Below are positions 10,714-22,443 of a DNA stretch of 64,000 bases, piece by piece. Every line of letters starts with the position of its first letter. The stretch's first letter is position 1. This stretch comes from an uncultured Chloroflexota bacterium (GTDB taxonomy: Bacteria > Chloroflexota > Limnocylindria > Limnocylindrales > CSP1-4). A program made the translations under genes and the position numbers. The stretch covers positions 7,130 through 71,129 of the forward strand of contig CAIJPD010000059.1 of NCBI GenBank assembly GCA_903822495.1. Direction: 5' to 3'. Below the pieces are notes generated by a model. That model was given only the letters and a program-made list of their open reading frames with translations. It ran no database searches and was not told the origin of the DNA.

Positions 10714-10785
10714 CGGCTAGCCCCCGGCGCCCGGCTAGCCCCCGGCGCCCGGCTAGCCCCCGGCGCCCGGCTAGCCCCCGGCGCC
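10714..10785. repeat. Perfect tandem repeat, 4 x 18 bp (CGGCTAGCCCCCGGCGCC)
   Basis: Read directly. The unit at 10768-10785 holds the TAG stop of the minus-strand Kelch gene. Confidence 0.95.
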
Positions 10786-11853
10786 CAGCGCCACCACCGT
10801 ATCGAGGACCTGGTCCCGCTCCCCGCCGATCAGGTACGCCTTCTGGCCGATGACGGCCGCCACGCCGTCCGAAGCCGTCGCGGGCAGCTGCCCCGCCGCC
10901 GTCACCGCGCCCGTCGCCGGGTCCACCGCGACGATGTCCTTGAGCGCGACCCCCGCCCGCCGCCCGCCCGCCACGTACAGGCGCCCATTGAGCACGAAGG
11001 CCATCGCGTGCGAGAGCGGTGCGGGCAGCCTGGCCACCTCGACCGCGGTGCCGGCGACGGGGTCGATCGCCTGAATCGAGGCGGTCTCGCCACTGGCCGT
11101 CTCGCCGCCAAGCAGGTAGAGCTTCCCGCCCAGCACCGCCGCCGCCGGATAGCGGACCGCCACGGGGAGCGCGGCGATGATCGTGAACGTCACCCCGTCC
11201 GTGGTGACCAGCACGCGTGGGTCGGCGGCGCCCGTGCCGGCACCGCCCGCGATCACGGCGGTCCCGTTGATGGCCGCCGCGACGTGATCCGCCCGGGTCG
11301 CGGGCAGCTGCCCGACGACTTTGGCCACGCCGGACCGGTCGACGACCTGCGCTGCCGCGCCGGGTGCCGCCGCGCCGCCGCCGACGACCAGCCAGAGGTC
11401 GCCCAGCTGCGCGCCGGCCGCGTCGTGGACGGCCGTGGCCAGCGACCCAGCCTGGGCGATGGTGCCCGCCACCGGGTCCAGTCGCACGATGGCGCCGGTG
11501 GTCCCAGAGCCGTTCCAGCCCCCGCACACCACCAGCGTGCCCCCGTCGATGAACACCACCATCCGGCTCAGGTGCGTCGGCGTGTGCACCGCGAGGGTGG
11601 TGGCCGTCAGCGCCAGCGGTGCCGCGGTCGGGGTGGGGGAGGGTGCCCGCGTCGGCGTGGGGCTGGGGACTGCGCTGGGCGCCGGCGTGGGGCTGGGGCG
11701 GGCGGAGGGGGATGCCGACGCGAGCGCCACCGCGCCCGGGGTCCCGGACGGCTGGCCGCCACCAGGCGATGTCGAGGGGCCGGGGGTCGCGGGGCCGCCG
11801 CATCCCGCCATGAGGAGGGCCACCAGCAGCACGGCGGCCGGCCGGTTCGTCAC
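10771..11853 (-). CDS. Kelch-repeat lipoprotein
   Basis: Lipobox LMAGC, P/S/T linker, about six GG-containing kelch blades (e.g. LYLLGG, LYVAGG, AYLIGG). Confidence 0.85.
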   Translation of the reverse strand: MTNRPAAVLLVALLMAGCGGPATPGPSTSPGGGQPSGTPGAVALASASPSARPSPTPAPSAVPSPTPTRAPSPTPTAAPLALTATTLAVHTPTHLSRMVVFIDGGTLVVCGGWNGSGTTGAIVRLDPVAGTIAQAGSLATAVHDAAGAQLGDLWLVVGGGAAAPGAAAQVVDRSGVAKVVGQLPATRADHVAAAINGTAVIAGGAGTGAADPRVLVTTDGVTFTIIAALPVAVRYPAAAVLGGKLYLLGGETASGETASIQAIDPVAGTAVEVARLPAPLSHAMAFVLNGRLYVAGGRRAGVALKDIVAVDPATGAVTAAGQLPATASDGVAAVIGQKAYLIGGERDQVLDTVVALGAGG

Positions 11854-11865
11854 CGAAGCGTCGCC

Positions 11866-12507
11866 TCAGCCCAGGGCGAGGACGTGCACCGGGACCGGGG
11901 GCAGGTCCTCGTACGTCTCGGTGATGGGGATCAGGCCCACGGACGGCACGCCGAGCGCGTCGATCGCGGCATCCGAGATGACCGCGTACGGGCCCTGGCC
12001 CACGACATCCCGGGCGTGGTTCTTGAGCAGCCGGTGGACCACGATGACGTCCTTCCCCGCCAGCTCGACGTGGTCGACGATCCGCTGCGTCACCCACCCG
12101 CCGTGGTGAACCACGAACTTGAGCCCCAGCGAGCTCACCCTGGCGCAGGCGTCGCAGGCGCACGTCCACTGGGTGCGGGCAAGGCCCAGCTGCTCGACGA
12201 AGGCGGCGTAACAGCCACGGAGGCAGTCCAGCAGGCGGTCCCCCCGGAGGGAGATCACCGGGTCGTCGGCCACGACGAAGAGGGCATCGCCCTCGAACTT
12301 CACCAGCCGGAAGGGCGGGACGACCGCCGTCACCAGCGTATCGAGGAGGCTGGAGATCAGCGCATAGGCAACGGGCGGCTCGTCGGCCTCCACGATGATG
12401 TCGTGGTGGGCGTCGGAGACGCCCTGCAGGAAGCCGGTGTACCCGGAGATGTCGGCGAGGGCCAGGACGCCCTGGAGCTGGGTCCCCCGGCTGGGCGGTG
12501 CACTCAT
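11866..12507 (-). CDS. DUF2652 domain protein (class III nucleotidyl cyclase-like fold)
   Basis: ADISGYTGF, KFEGDA, LKFVVHHG, LAG-DVIVVHRLLKN. Confidence 0.85.
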   Translation of the reverse strand: MSAPPSRGTQLQGVLALADISGYTGFLQGVSDAHHDIIVEADEPPVAYALISSLLDTLVTAVVPPFRLVKFEGDALFVVADDPVISLRGDRLLDCLRGCYAAFVEQLGLARTQWTCACDACARVSSLGLKFVVHHGGWVTQRIVDHVELAGKDVIVVHRLLKNHARDVVGQGPYAVISDAAIDALGVPSVGLIPITETYEDLPPVPVHVLALG

Positions 12508-12643
12508 CGGGCGATGATAGCCGGATCGCCCTGGGGCACCTCCCCTGGGGTGGGGTCATCCGACGGCGGTTCCCGGTTCCGGTGGCACTCGCGTCGTCCG
12601 GGTCGCGGAACGTACGATGGCGCCGAAGCGAAGGAGGCCGCTC

Positions 12644-13438
12644 ATGCTTCGCCTGTCCGCCCACGCCCGACGCCGCTTCGTCCGCCTTGCCGCCGTCCCG
12701 CTCGCCGCCCTCGTCGCCATGGCCTGCGGCAGCACGGTGACGCCGGCGCCGACCGCCGGCCCGACGGTCGGGCCAGGCACGACGAGCGGTCCGTCCAGCG
12801 GTCTGTCCAGTGGTCCGTCGGCGTCGTTCACCGCCCCGGTGGCCTCGGCCACGTCCCGGGCGACGCCCTCCGCCGTCCCCACGAACGTCCCCTCCGCCGC
12901 GCCAACAACCACGGTGTCCGCCACGCCACCGCCCACGGCGACTGCCCCGGCGCCCACCCCTGGCGCGGCGCCCAGCCCATCGGCTGCATTCGCCTGCGGC
13001 TACCCGGTAGAGCGGGCCGCCACCCGCTCCGATCCGGTCGCGCTCATCAGCGACGTTCGCGTCGGCGCCCACGACGCGTACGACCGGGTGGTGGTTGAGT
13101 TCCTGGGGAGCGGCACGCCCAGGCTGCGCCTCGAGCGGGTCAGCCCGCCCTTCGTCAAGGATCCCAGCGGGCTGCCGCTGACGGTGACGGGGACCTCGTT
13201 CGTGAGGATCCTCCTGTTCGCCGCGAGCGGCGCCGGGTATGCCACCCCCACCGGTCAGCCCAGCTACACCGGCACCAGCGCCTTCACGCCGGGGTATGTC
13301 CGCCTCACCTCGCTGGTCCAGGCGGGAGACTTCGAAGGGATCACTACCTGGTACGCGGGGTTCACCGGGCCCATGTGCTACCAGGTCTCCGAGCTGTCAA
13401 GCCCGGCACGCCTGGTCATCGACGTGCGCGCTCCGTAG
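12644..13438 (+). CDS. Hypothetical lipoprotein with C-terminal AMIN-like domain
   Basis: AAGGAGG RBS, lipobox VAMAC, P/T/S linker, H-YDRVV-EF and GDFEG---W motifs, ending PARLVIDV. Confidence 0.75.
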   Translation: MLRLSAHARRRFVRLAAVPLAALVAMACGSTVTPAPTAGPTVGPGTTSGPSSGLSSGPSASFTAPVASATSRATPSAVPTNVPSAAPTTTVSATPPPTATAPAPTPGAAPSPSAAFACGYPVERAATRSDPVALISDVRVGAHDAYDRVVVEFLGSGTPRLRLERVSPPFVKDPSGLPLTVTGTSFVRILLFAASGAGYATPTGQPSYTGTSAFTPGYVRLTSLVQAGDFEGITTWYAGFTGPMCYQVSELSSPARLVIDVRAP

Positions 13439-13535
13439 GCGGACTGCCCGCGCGGCAACGCGCCGTAGCCGGACTCGGCCGCGCGTTGGCCGGGACCCCT
13501 TCCCAGCCCGGCGGTCGCACGCTAGAGTCCCGCTC

Positions 13536-15440
<1,905 letters not shown>

Positions 15441-15637
15441 CGCGATCGGCCAGCGGCGATCCCTGGTGCTCGTGCCGCCGCACCTCGTGCTCGGTTGCGG
15501 TGCGGTTAAGTTTCCGAGGTGATCGCCGGGTCTTTCAGACTTCCCCTTCCACTTCCCGAGCGAATGTCGTTCACTTCGCCGGCGTCCGCTTGGGCGCCGC
15601 ACCTTGTTGGACGGATGGAAGGCCAAGGAGCCTGAGC

Positions 15638-16744
15638 ATGGTCGCGTCCCGCCGCTTTGTTCCGCTGGTCATGAGCATGGGGGTGGCGCTGACAGGATGC
15701 AGCGCGGCCGCTACCCCGGCGCCAACCGCTGCCCCCGTCACCGCTGCCCCCGTCACCGCCGCGCCAAGCGCCGCGCCGGACGGCACCCTTCCCAAGCCGG
15801 AACTCTCGTCCATCAAGATGGGGACGCCGATCGGTCAGTTCAGCCAGTTCGGCGCGGTGTTGGCCGACCAGCTGCACCTGTACGAGAAGTACGGAGTCAA
15901 GGTCACGATCACCAAGTTCAACGCCGGCGGCGACTCCGTGAACGCGCTCCTCGCTGGCGCGGTGGATGTGGGCGCTGACACGGGCGCCGAGATCGGCTTC
16001 AACTCCCAGCTCACCGACACGCCGGCCACGTCGGTGTCCGTCGAGAAGCTTGGCGTCTTCGACGGCTTCTTCTGTCAGGCCAGCATCAAGACGGCGGCAG
16101 ACCTCAAGGGCAAGACCGTCGGCATCAGCACGTTCGGTGCGGCCGGCGACGCGTCCGCCCGGCTGGCCCTCAAGGCCCTTGGGCTGACGGCCACCGACGT
16201 GACCATCACCCAGGTCGGCGGCTCGTCCGTCCGGCAGGCCGCCCTGAAGGCGGGCTCCATCGCCTGCGCCCCGATCAGCATCGACCAGAAGGCCACCGAG
16301 ACCGCCCTGGGGCTCAACATGCTGGTCGACCTGTCCTCGAACAAGGACGCAGCCTACCCGGCCGTCGGCCTCGCTTCCACCAACGCCTGGCTCAAGAAGT
16401 ACCCCAACACGATGCTGGCCCTCGTCGCCGCCGAGCTCGAGGCGACGCACGTCGTGACCAGTGACCGGGCCACCACGGTCGCGCAGTGGGCCGCGTTCCT
16501 GCAGCAGACCGACACCGTCAAGGCGTCCGCCGACTACGACGCGGCCATCAATCAGATCAACCCGGACCTCACCTGGCCGGCGTCGGGCTTCAGCTTCGCG
16601 CTGTCCGTGCTGACGTCGGTGACGCCGGCCCTCTCCACGGTCGATCCGACCAAGGCGTACGACGCGAGCTACCTCAAGAAGCTCAACGACCTGGGCTTCT
16701 ACAAGAAGATCGGCGTCCCGTACCCGACCACCAACTGGCCGTAG
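15638..16744 (+). CDS. ABC transporter substrate-binding lipoprotein, NMT1/THI5 (NitT/TauT) type, 368 aa
   Basis: Lipobox LTGC; IKTAADLKGKTVGIS motif; AAGGAG RBS. Confidence 0.85.
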   Translation: MVASRRFVPLVMSMGVALTGCSAAATPAPTAAPVTAAPVTAAPSAAPDGTLPKPELSSIKMGTPIGQFSQFGAVLADQLHLYEKYGVKVTITKFNAGGDSVNALLAGAVDVGADTGAEIGFNSQLTDTPATSVSVEKLGVFDGFFCQASIKTAADLKGKTVGISTFGAAGDASARLALKALGLTATDVTITQVGGSSVRQAALKAGSIACAPISIDQKATETALGLNMLVDLSSNKDAAYPAVGLASTNAWLKKYPNTMLALVAAELEATHVVTSDRATTVAQWAAFLQQTDTVKASADYDAAINQINPDLTWPASGFSFALSVLTSVTPALSTVDPTKAYDASYLKKLNDLGFYKKIGVPYPTTNWP

Positions 16745-16779
16745 GCCTCGTGGGTCCGCGCTGACCCTGATCCAGAATC

Positions 16780-16811
16780 AAGACGGCCCCCGCGACCGCG
16801 GGGGCCGTCTT
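16780..16811. terminator. Probable bidirectional intrinsic terminator
   Basis: AAGACGGCCCCCGCG-AC-CGCGGGGGCCGTCTT perfect inverted repeat between convergent genes. Confidence 0.8.
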
Positions 16812-16822
16812 CGTTGTCGCCC

Positions 16823-17107
16823 CTACGCCAGCGGGATGTCCTCCAGGACGCCACGCTGCCCGGCGCGGGCCAGGACGGCTTCGATCGTCCGCACCAGCTC
16901 GCGGGCCGCCTCCACGCTCAGCTCCACCGCGACGCGTGCGCCCGGCCCACCGGCCGCGTTGACGAAGTCGATGTTGAGGGCGTGCTCCAGCGGCAGGTCA
17001 TAGGGGTGGTCGTACGAGACGTTGGCCTCGTTGACCACGAACCAGTCCGGTCCGCTCTTGCCGCGGCCCAGGTCGATCCCGGCTCGCTCGGTGATCATCG
17101 TGCACAT
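16823..17107 (-). CDS. DUF6295-family small protein
   Basis: MCTMI...G-GK-...WF...VSYDHP...EHALNIDF...RVAVELS pattern. Confidence 0.8.
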   Translation of the reverse strand: MCTMITERAGIDLGRGKSGPDWFVVNEANVSYDHPYDLPLEHALNIDFVNAAGGPGARVAVELSVEAARELVRTIEAVLARAGQRGVLEDIPLA

Positions 17108-17134
17108 TGGATGGGTCTCCTGCTCCGCGCGCGC

Positions 17135-17935
17135 CTAGCCCAGCCGGGCCGAGAGGAACGCCCAGACCTTCTTCCAGCCGTCGATCGCCTGGGTGGCCCG
17201 GTAGTTGGGCCGGTCGTAGTAGAAGAACCCGTGGCCCGCGCCGTCGTAGCGGTGGAACTCGTAGTCCTTGCCCAGCCGCTTGAGCTCGGCCTCGTGCTGG
17301 TCCACCTGCTCCGGCGTGGGCGACCGGTCGTCGCTGCCGAAGATGCCCAGCAGCGGGGCGGACAGCGACGCCGTCAGGTGGATGGGCGCCACCGGGCGCT
17401 TGGGCGTCAGGTCCTCCGGCGCGGCGACCACGTTGCCGCCCCAGCACTCCACGATCGCGTCGATCCCCGTCAGCTGGCAGCCGGCCAGGAAGCCGTGTCG
17501 CCCGCCGGAGCACGTCCCAAAGACCCCCACCTTGCCGCTGGCGTAGGGGAGCGAGCGCAGGAGCCGGATGGCGCCCTCCACGTCGCCCACCACCAGGGCA
17601 TCGTCCGCCCCGCCCGATGCGCGAACCGCGGCGCCGACGTCCTCCGGCGTTCCGTGTCCGTCGCGGAAGAAGAGGTTGGGCGTGATGGTGATGTAGCCGT
17701 GGGCGGCGAACCGGCGGGTGAACTCGCGGTAGATCTCGTCCCATCCGGGCGCGTGATGGATGAGGACCATGGCCGGGAAGGGCCCCGGACCCAGCGGGCG
17801 GGCCAGGTACGCGTTGATGGTGTCGCCGCCGTGCCCCTGCAGGGTGACGGTCTCGGCGAGCATGCCCTCGTAGTCGTTCGTCTGGTACACGGCTGCCTCC
17901 AGGGTGGTCGGGACGCGGCGGGCGGCCGGTCGCAT
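17135..17935 (-). CDS. Dienelactone hydrolase family protein
   Basis: GTCSGG nucleophile elbow, YDGAGHGF; TAGGAT 7 nt before ATG 17935. Confidence 0.88.
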   Translation of the reverse strand: MRPAARRVPTTLEAAVYQTNDYEGMLAETVTLQGHGGDTINAYLARPLGPGPFPAMVLIHHAPGWDEIYREFTRRFAAHGYITITPNLFFRDGHGTPEDVGAAVRASGGADDALVVGDVEGAIRLLRSLPYASGKVGVFGTCSGGRHGFLAGCQLTGIDAIVECWGGNVVAAPEDLTPKRPVAPIHLTASLSAPLLGIFGSDDRSPTPEQVDQHEAELKRLGKDYEFHRYDGAGHGFFYYDRPNYRATQAIDGWKKVWAFLSARLG

Positions 17936-17986
17936 CCGGGACATCCTACCGCGGCGCGCCGGCGCCACCCGCGAGGACGGCAGGCG

Positions 17987-18853
17987 CTACCGTCCCGCCG
18001 GCATGCCCAGCCGGTAGACCCGGCGCATCCCCGTGAGGCCCTTCATCTCGTGCTCGCCCGCGTCCTCGAGCACCACGTCCGAGCCCTCGAGCAGGCCCCT
18101 GGTCGTCGACGACACCAGCACCTCCCCCGGCCCCGCCAGGGCGAGCACGCGGGCCGCCGTGTGGACCGCGATGCCCCGAACGTCGTCACCCACCAGCTCG
18201 ATCTCCCCGGTGTGCACGCCCACCCGGATCTGGATGCCGATCGCCCGCGTGGACCGCGTCATCGCCGCGGCGCCCTGCACGGCCCGCGTCGGGCTGTCGA
18301 AGACGGCCAGGAAGCCGTCGCCGGTCGTCTTGACCTCGCGGCCGCGGAAGATGTTGAGCTGCTCACGGAGACGGGCGTTGTGGCTCGCCAGGAGCTCGCG
18401 CCAGGCGGCGTCACCGACCCGTTCCAGCGTGGCCGTGGAGTCCACGATGTCCGTGAAGACGACCGTTGCCAGCGAGCGGGCGCCGGTCTGGTGGAGCGCC
18501 GTGTCCAGCGCGCGGCCGCTCGCCCCCCATTCGATCGTCGCCCACGGCTCATTCCCGACCACCCATTTGTCGTGGCCGGGCGGAATGTCGAAGACCGTGT
18601 CGGGCCCGATATCGAGCGTCTGCCCGTCGTCCATGACGACGCGCATGGTCCCGGCCATCGCGTAGCCGAGATGGCGAATCGGGCACGACGTGGCACCCAT
18701 CAGCGGTCCGATGTCCGTCGACCACCGCCAGCCGGGCTCGAACCGGCAATGGCTGACGGTCGCGTCGTCCAGCCCGACGGTCTCGAACCGGACGTTGGGC
18801 ATGGTCCGGACGCCGTCGGGGGCGGCGAAGCTCTTGGCCTGCAGTCGTGGCAT
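17987..18853 (-). CDS. Cupin domain + adenylate/guanylate cyclase domain protein
   Basis: N-term FEPGWRWS...C---H-GY...IPPGHD-WVVG; C-term VVFTDIVDST, VKTTGDGFLA, GVHTGE, GIAVHTAARV. Confidence 0.85.
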   Translation of the reverse strand: MPRLQAKSFAAPDGVRTMPNVRFETVGLDDATVSHCRFEPGWRWSTDIGPLMGATSCPIRHLGYAMAGTMRVVMDDGQTLDIGPDTVFDIPPGHDKWVVGNEPWATIEWGASGRALDTALHQTGARSLATVVFTDIVDSTATLERVGDAAWRELLASHNARLREQLNIFRGREVKTTGDGFLAVFDSPTRAVQGAAAMTRSTRAIGIQIRVGVHTGEIELVGDDVRGIAVHTAARVLALAGPGEVLVSSTTRGLLEGSDVVLEDAGEHEMKGLTGMRRVYRLGMPAGR

Positions 18854-18926
18854 TGGGCGCCTTCGGGTGACCCTGTGGATGAGCGGCGCAATGATGCCGC
18901 CTCGGCCCGGAACCCGCCCGGCCTGG

Positions 18927-20429
18927 CTAGGCCTCCTTCTCGGGCCCCGCGATGACGAAGACCAGGACGGCCGCCACCCCGAGGACCAGGCAGCCCACGA
19001 ACACCGCGTCCGAGACGCCGCCCACGAATGCCTCGCGGGCGTGGTCGACCAGTACCTGGCCCGCCGCCCCGAGCTGCTGGACGGCTGGTGATCCCGTGAA
19101 GGCGACGGAGCTGAGCACGCGGTCCGCGACGGCCGGGGGCAGGCCCGCCACGCTGGGGGCCATCGCTGCCCGGTAGGACTGGTTGAGCACGGCGCCCAGG
19201 ATCGCGATGCCGAATGCGCTCCCCACCTCTCGGGCGGCGTCGTTCATGGCCGACGCGACACCCTGCTTGGACATGGGCAGCGCGCCGGTGACGACGGTCG
19301 TCGCCGGGGTCCCGGCCAGGCCCATGCCGGCCCCAAAGACCAGGATGCCGATCACGAAGAACCAGTACGGGGTGTCGATCGCGAGGCGGCTGAGGAGGAA
19401 GAAGCCGACCGCCGTCATCAGCAGCCCCAGCGGGGCGACCCGTCGGAACCCGAACCGGCGCGCGATCAGCGGGGCGTTGCGCGCGGTCGGGATGAGCACG
19501 AACGGGAGGGGCAGCATCGCGACCGCCGCCTCGAGGGCCGTCCGCCCGGTCACGAACTGCAGGTACTGCAGGACGATGAAGAAGAACCCGAACGAGGCGA
19601 AGAACTGGACGGCGATCGTGAGCGAGCCGGCGCTGAAGCGGCGGACCAGGAAGAGCCGTGGGTCGAGGAGGGGATTGGGGATCCGGAGCTCCCACGCCAC
19701 GAACAGGACCCCGGAGACCAGGCCCAGGCCGAAGACCGCGAGCGTCACGGGGTCCGTCCAGCCCCGGTCGGGTGCCTCGATGATGCCGAAGATCAGCGAG
19801 GCGATGGTGGCCAGCGACAGGAGGCCCCCGACGACGTCGAGCGCGGGCGGGTCCTCGTCGGTCGAGTTTGGGACCACCGCGTAGACGCCGACCGCCGCGA
19901 TGACCGCCAGGCCGACGTTGAGGGCGAAGAACGATTCCCACGGGAACCACTCGAGGAGCAGGGCGCTCGCCACCAGCCCCAGGACGGCCCCGCCGCCGGC
20001 GATCCCCACCCAGACCCCGATCGCCCGGGGCCGCTCCTCCTCGGGGAACGAGGTGGTGATGATGGACAGGGTCGTGGGCATGATGGCGGCTGCGCCGATC
20101 CCCATGAACGCCCGGACCACGATCAATTGGACGGGATCGTTGGTCGCCAGGCCCAGGGCGGCGCCCACGCCGAAGAGGCCGAGACCCACGAGCAGGAGCC
20201 GGCGCCGGCCGTACCGGTCGCCGAGCGCCCCGGCGAAGAAGAGCAGTCCGGCGAAGACGACCGTGTAGGCGTCGACGATCCACGTCAGCTGCGTCTGGCT
20301 GGCTCCCGTCTGCCGGGCCATGTCCGGCAGCGCGACGTTGAGCCCGCTGACGGCCGAGATCACCGCCATCAGCGAGAGGCCCACGACGGGCAGCACCAGT
20401 CGAGTGCGTTGCTTCGAGAGCACCGTCAT
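18927..20429 (-). CDS. MFS drug:H+ antiporter (DHA2, 14-TM)
   Basis: LNVALP, GALGDRYGRRR, motif C G---P, about 14 TMs. Confidence 0.9.
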   Translation of the reverse strand: MTVLSKQRTRLVLPVVGLSLMAVISAVSGLNVALPDMARQTGASQTQLTWIVDAYTVVFAGLLFFAGALGDRYGRRRLLLVGLGLFGVGAALGLATNDPVQLIVVRAFMGIGAAAIMPTTLSIITTSFPEEERPRAIGVWVGIAGGGAVLGLVASALLLEWFPWESFFALNVGLAVIAAVGVYAVVPNSTDEDPPALDVVGGLLSLATIASLIFGIIEAPDRGWTDPVTLAVFGLGLVSGVLFVAWELRIPNPLLDPRLFLVRRFSAGSLTIAVQFFASFGFFFIVLQYLQFVTGRTALEAAVAMLPLPFVLIPTARNAPLIARRFGFRRVAPLGLLMTAVGFFLLSRLAIDTPYWFFVIGILVFGAGMGLAGTPATTVVTGALPMSKQGVASAMNDAAREVGSAFGIAILGAVLNQSYRAAMAPSVAGLPPAVADRVLSSVAFTGSPAVQQLGAAGQVLVDHAREAFVGGVSDAVFVGCLVLGVAAVLVFVIAGPEKEA

Positions 20430-20470
20430 CGCGGGACCCGCCCCTCTGTCGCCATGGATCGCCTCACCGC

Positions 20471-20521
20471 TATACTCTAATTCCCCTGCTGGGGAGGAAT
20501 GCTATTCCCCGCATGGGGAAT
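20471..20521. promoter_or_regulatory. Divergent promoter region with two TTCCCC-N4-GGGGA palindromes (candidate TetR operators)
   Basis: TTCCCC-TGCT-GGGGA (20481-20495) and ATTCCCC-GCAT-GGGGAAT (20504-20521); TATACT at 20471 and minus-strand TAGCAT between the sites. Confidence 0.6.
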
Positions 20522-20529
20522 TCGTCAAG

Positions 20530-21147
20530 GTGGTGCTTGTGGCAAGGACACGCGGTCGGCGTCCGGGCGGGCTGGACACCCGGAGCGCGATCATCGCGGA
20601 GGCCCGCCGCCAGTTTGGTGAGGTCGGCTACGGACCCAGCACGCTGCGCACAATCGCGGCGGCGGTCGGCGTGGACCCCCGCCTGGTGCTCCACTACTTC
20701 GGCTCCAAGAAGGGGCTCTTTGAGGCCTCGGTCGAGCTGCCGGTGGACCCCGAGGTGGTGGCCGCCACCGTCCTCCGGGCGGCCGACGGGGACGTGGGGA
20801 CGCGGACGGCGGAGCTCATCCTCTCGATCCTCGAGGATCCATCCCGGCGCCTCGTGTTCACCGGCCTCCTCCGGGCCGCCGTCTCGGATCCCGAGGCCGC
20901 CCCGCTGATCCGCGACATCCTCGCCACCCGGATCCTGCTGCCCATCGCCCAGGCGGTGGGCACCGATCAGCCGGAGCTCAGGGCGGCCCTCGTGGCGTCC
21001 TCGGTGGTCGGCCTGGCCGTGGCGCGGCACATCGTCGGGATCGAGCCACTCGCATCGGCGTCCCGCGAGGACCTGGTGCGGGCACTCGCGCCGGTCGTGA
21101 CGCACTACCTGCGGGGGGACTGGCCCACGTCGGAGGAGCCCGCGTAG
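20530..21147 (+). CDS. TetR/AcrR-family transcriptional regulator
   Basis: TR-AII-EAR--F---GY---TLR-IA---GVDPRLVLHYFGSK; divergent from the MFS gene; start uncertain (20530-20539). Confidence 0.88.
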   Translation: MVLVARTRGRRPGGLDTRSAIIAEARRQFGEVGYGPSTLRTIAAAVGVDPRLVLHYFGSKKGLFEASVELPVDPEVVAATVLRAADGDVGTRTAELILSILEDPSRRLVFTGLLRAAVSDPEAAPLIRDILATRILLPIAQAVGTDQPELRAALVASSVVGLAVARHIVGIEPLASASREDLVRALAPVVTHYLRGDWPTSEEPA

Positions 21148-21192
21148 CGGGGCTCGTTCCTGCGCGTGCACCGGGCCGGTACGATGGGCCGC

Positions 21193-22443
21193 ATGTCCGA
21201 CAGCACGCCGACCGCCATCCTGGTCGTGTTCGTCGCCTTCCTCGTCGCGATGCCGATCGTCGCGTTTGGGGCGGCACGGCTGCGGTTGCCGTACACGGTC
21301 GCGCTGGTCCTCGTGGGCCTGGTCGTCTCGGCGCTCTCCGTCCACGAGCAGTTCCAGCTCTCCCCGGGCCTCGTGGTGACGGTCCTCCTCCCCGGTCTGG
21401 TCTTCGAGGGCGCCTACCGGCTGGATGCCGTCGAGTTGCGGCGGACGTTCGGGGGCGTGGCGCTGCTCGCCGTCCCGGGGGTGATCGTCACCGCGGCGAT
21501 CGTCGCCCTGGTGCTGCATCTCGGCACCGGGTTGCCGCTCAACGAGGCGTTCCTCGTGGGGGCAATCGTGTCGGCGACCGATCCGGTCGCCGTCGTGAGC
21601 ACGATGCGGCGCCTCTCCGCGCCGCCGCGCCTGGTCACCCTGCTGGACGCCGAGAGCCTGTTCAACGACGGGACCGCCGCGCTGGCGTTCGCCGTGGCCG
21701 TGGCCGCCCTCGGGACCCAGCCGCCCACGCTGGGCGAGGCCTCGCTCCAGTTCGTCGCCGGCCTGGTCGGGAGCGGGGCGATCGGCGCCCTGTGTGGCTA
21801 CCTGATCTCACGCGTCCTGCGCTCCACCAGCGATCACCTCATCGAGCTCACCCTGACGCTCTTGGCGGCATACGGGACCTACCTCGTCGCCGACCTCGTG
21901 CACGGGTCGGGGATCATCGCCAGCGTCGTCGCCGGGATCGTGGTGGGGACCTACGGGCGGCGCCACGGCCTGAGCCTGCGCGCGCAGGAGGCCATCGACG
22001 TCGTCTGGGAGTTCCTCGCCTTCATCCTGACCGGCGCGGCCTTCCTGCTCATCGGCCTCGCCATCCCGATCGAGGCGCTGACCGCGGCCGCGGCCGCCAT
22101 CGCCTGGGGCGTCGCCGCCGTCCTGATCGGCCGGGCGATCGTGGTCTACGGCCTGCTCGGCGGCGCGGCCCGGCTGGATCGCCGGTTCCGGCGGGCGCGC
22201 GGCCTGCCACTGGCGTGGCTCCACGTGATGAACTGGACCGGCCTGCGCGGGGCCGTCGCCATCGCGCTGACGCTGTCGATCCCCGAGGCCGCGCCGGACC
22301 GCCAGCTGCTGCAGGGGATCGCCTTCGGGATCGTCCTGTTCACCCTGATCGTGCAGGGCATGACCGCGGAGCGGATGCTCCGCTGGGCCGGGGTCCGCGG
22401 CCCCGATGACCAACCAGCCGCAGCCTCGGAGGAGATGCCATGA
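21193..22443 (+). CDS. CPA1-family Na+(K+)/H+ antiporter (NhaP-like)
   Basis: LPGLVFEGA, SATDPVAV, AESLFNDG, GLRGAV motifs. Confidence 0.92.
   Translation: MSDSTPTAILVVFVAFLVAMPIVAFGAARLRLPYTVALVLVGLVVSALSVHEQFQLSPGLVVTVLLPGLVFEGAYRLDAVELRRTFGGVALLAVPGVIVTAAIVALVLHLGTGLPLNEAFLVGAIVSATDPVAVVSTMRRLSAPPRLVTLLDAESLFNDGTAALAFAVAVAALGTQPPTLGEASLQFVAGLVGSGAIGALCGYLISRVLRSTSDHLIELTLTLLAAYGTYLVADLVHGSGIIASVVAGIVVGTYGRRHGLSLRAQEAIDVVWEFLAFILTGAAFLLIGLAIPIEALTAAAAAIAWGVAAVLIGRAIVVYGLLGGAARLDRRFRRARGLPLAWLHVMNWTGLRGAVAIALTLSIPEAAPDRQLLQGIAFGIVLFTLIVQGMTAERMLRWAGVRGPDDQPAAASEEMP

Noticed and set aside
7190-10785. 15- and 18-bp repeat arrays as CRISPR
   Set aside because: Units are head-to-tail with no spacers, are too short, and no cas genes are present.
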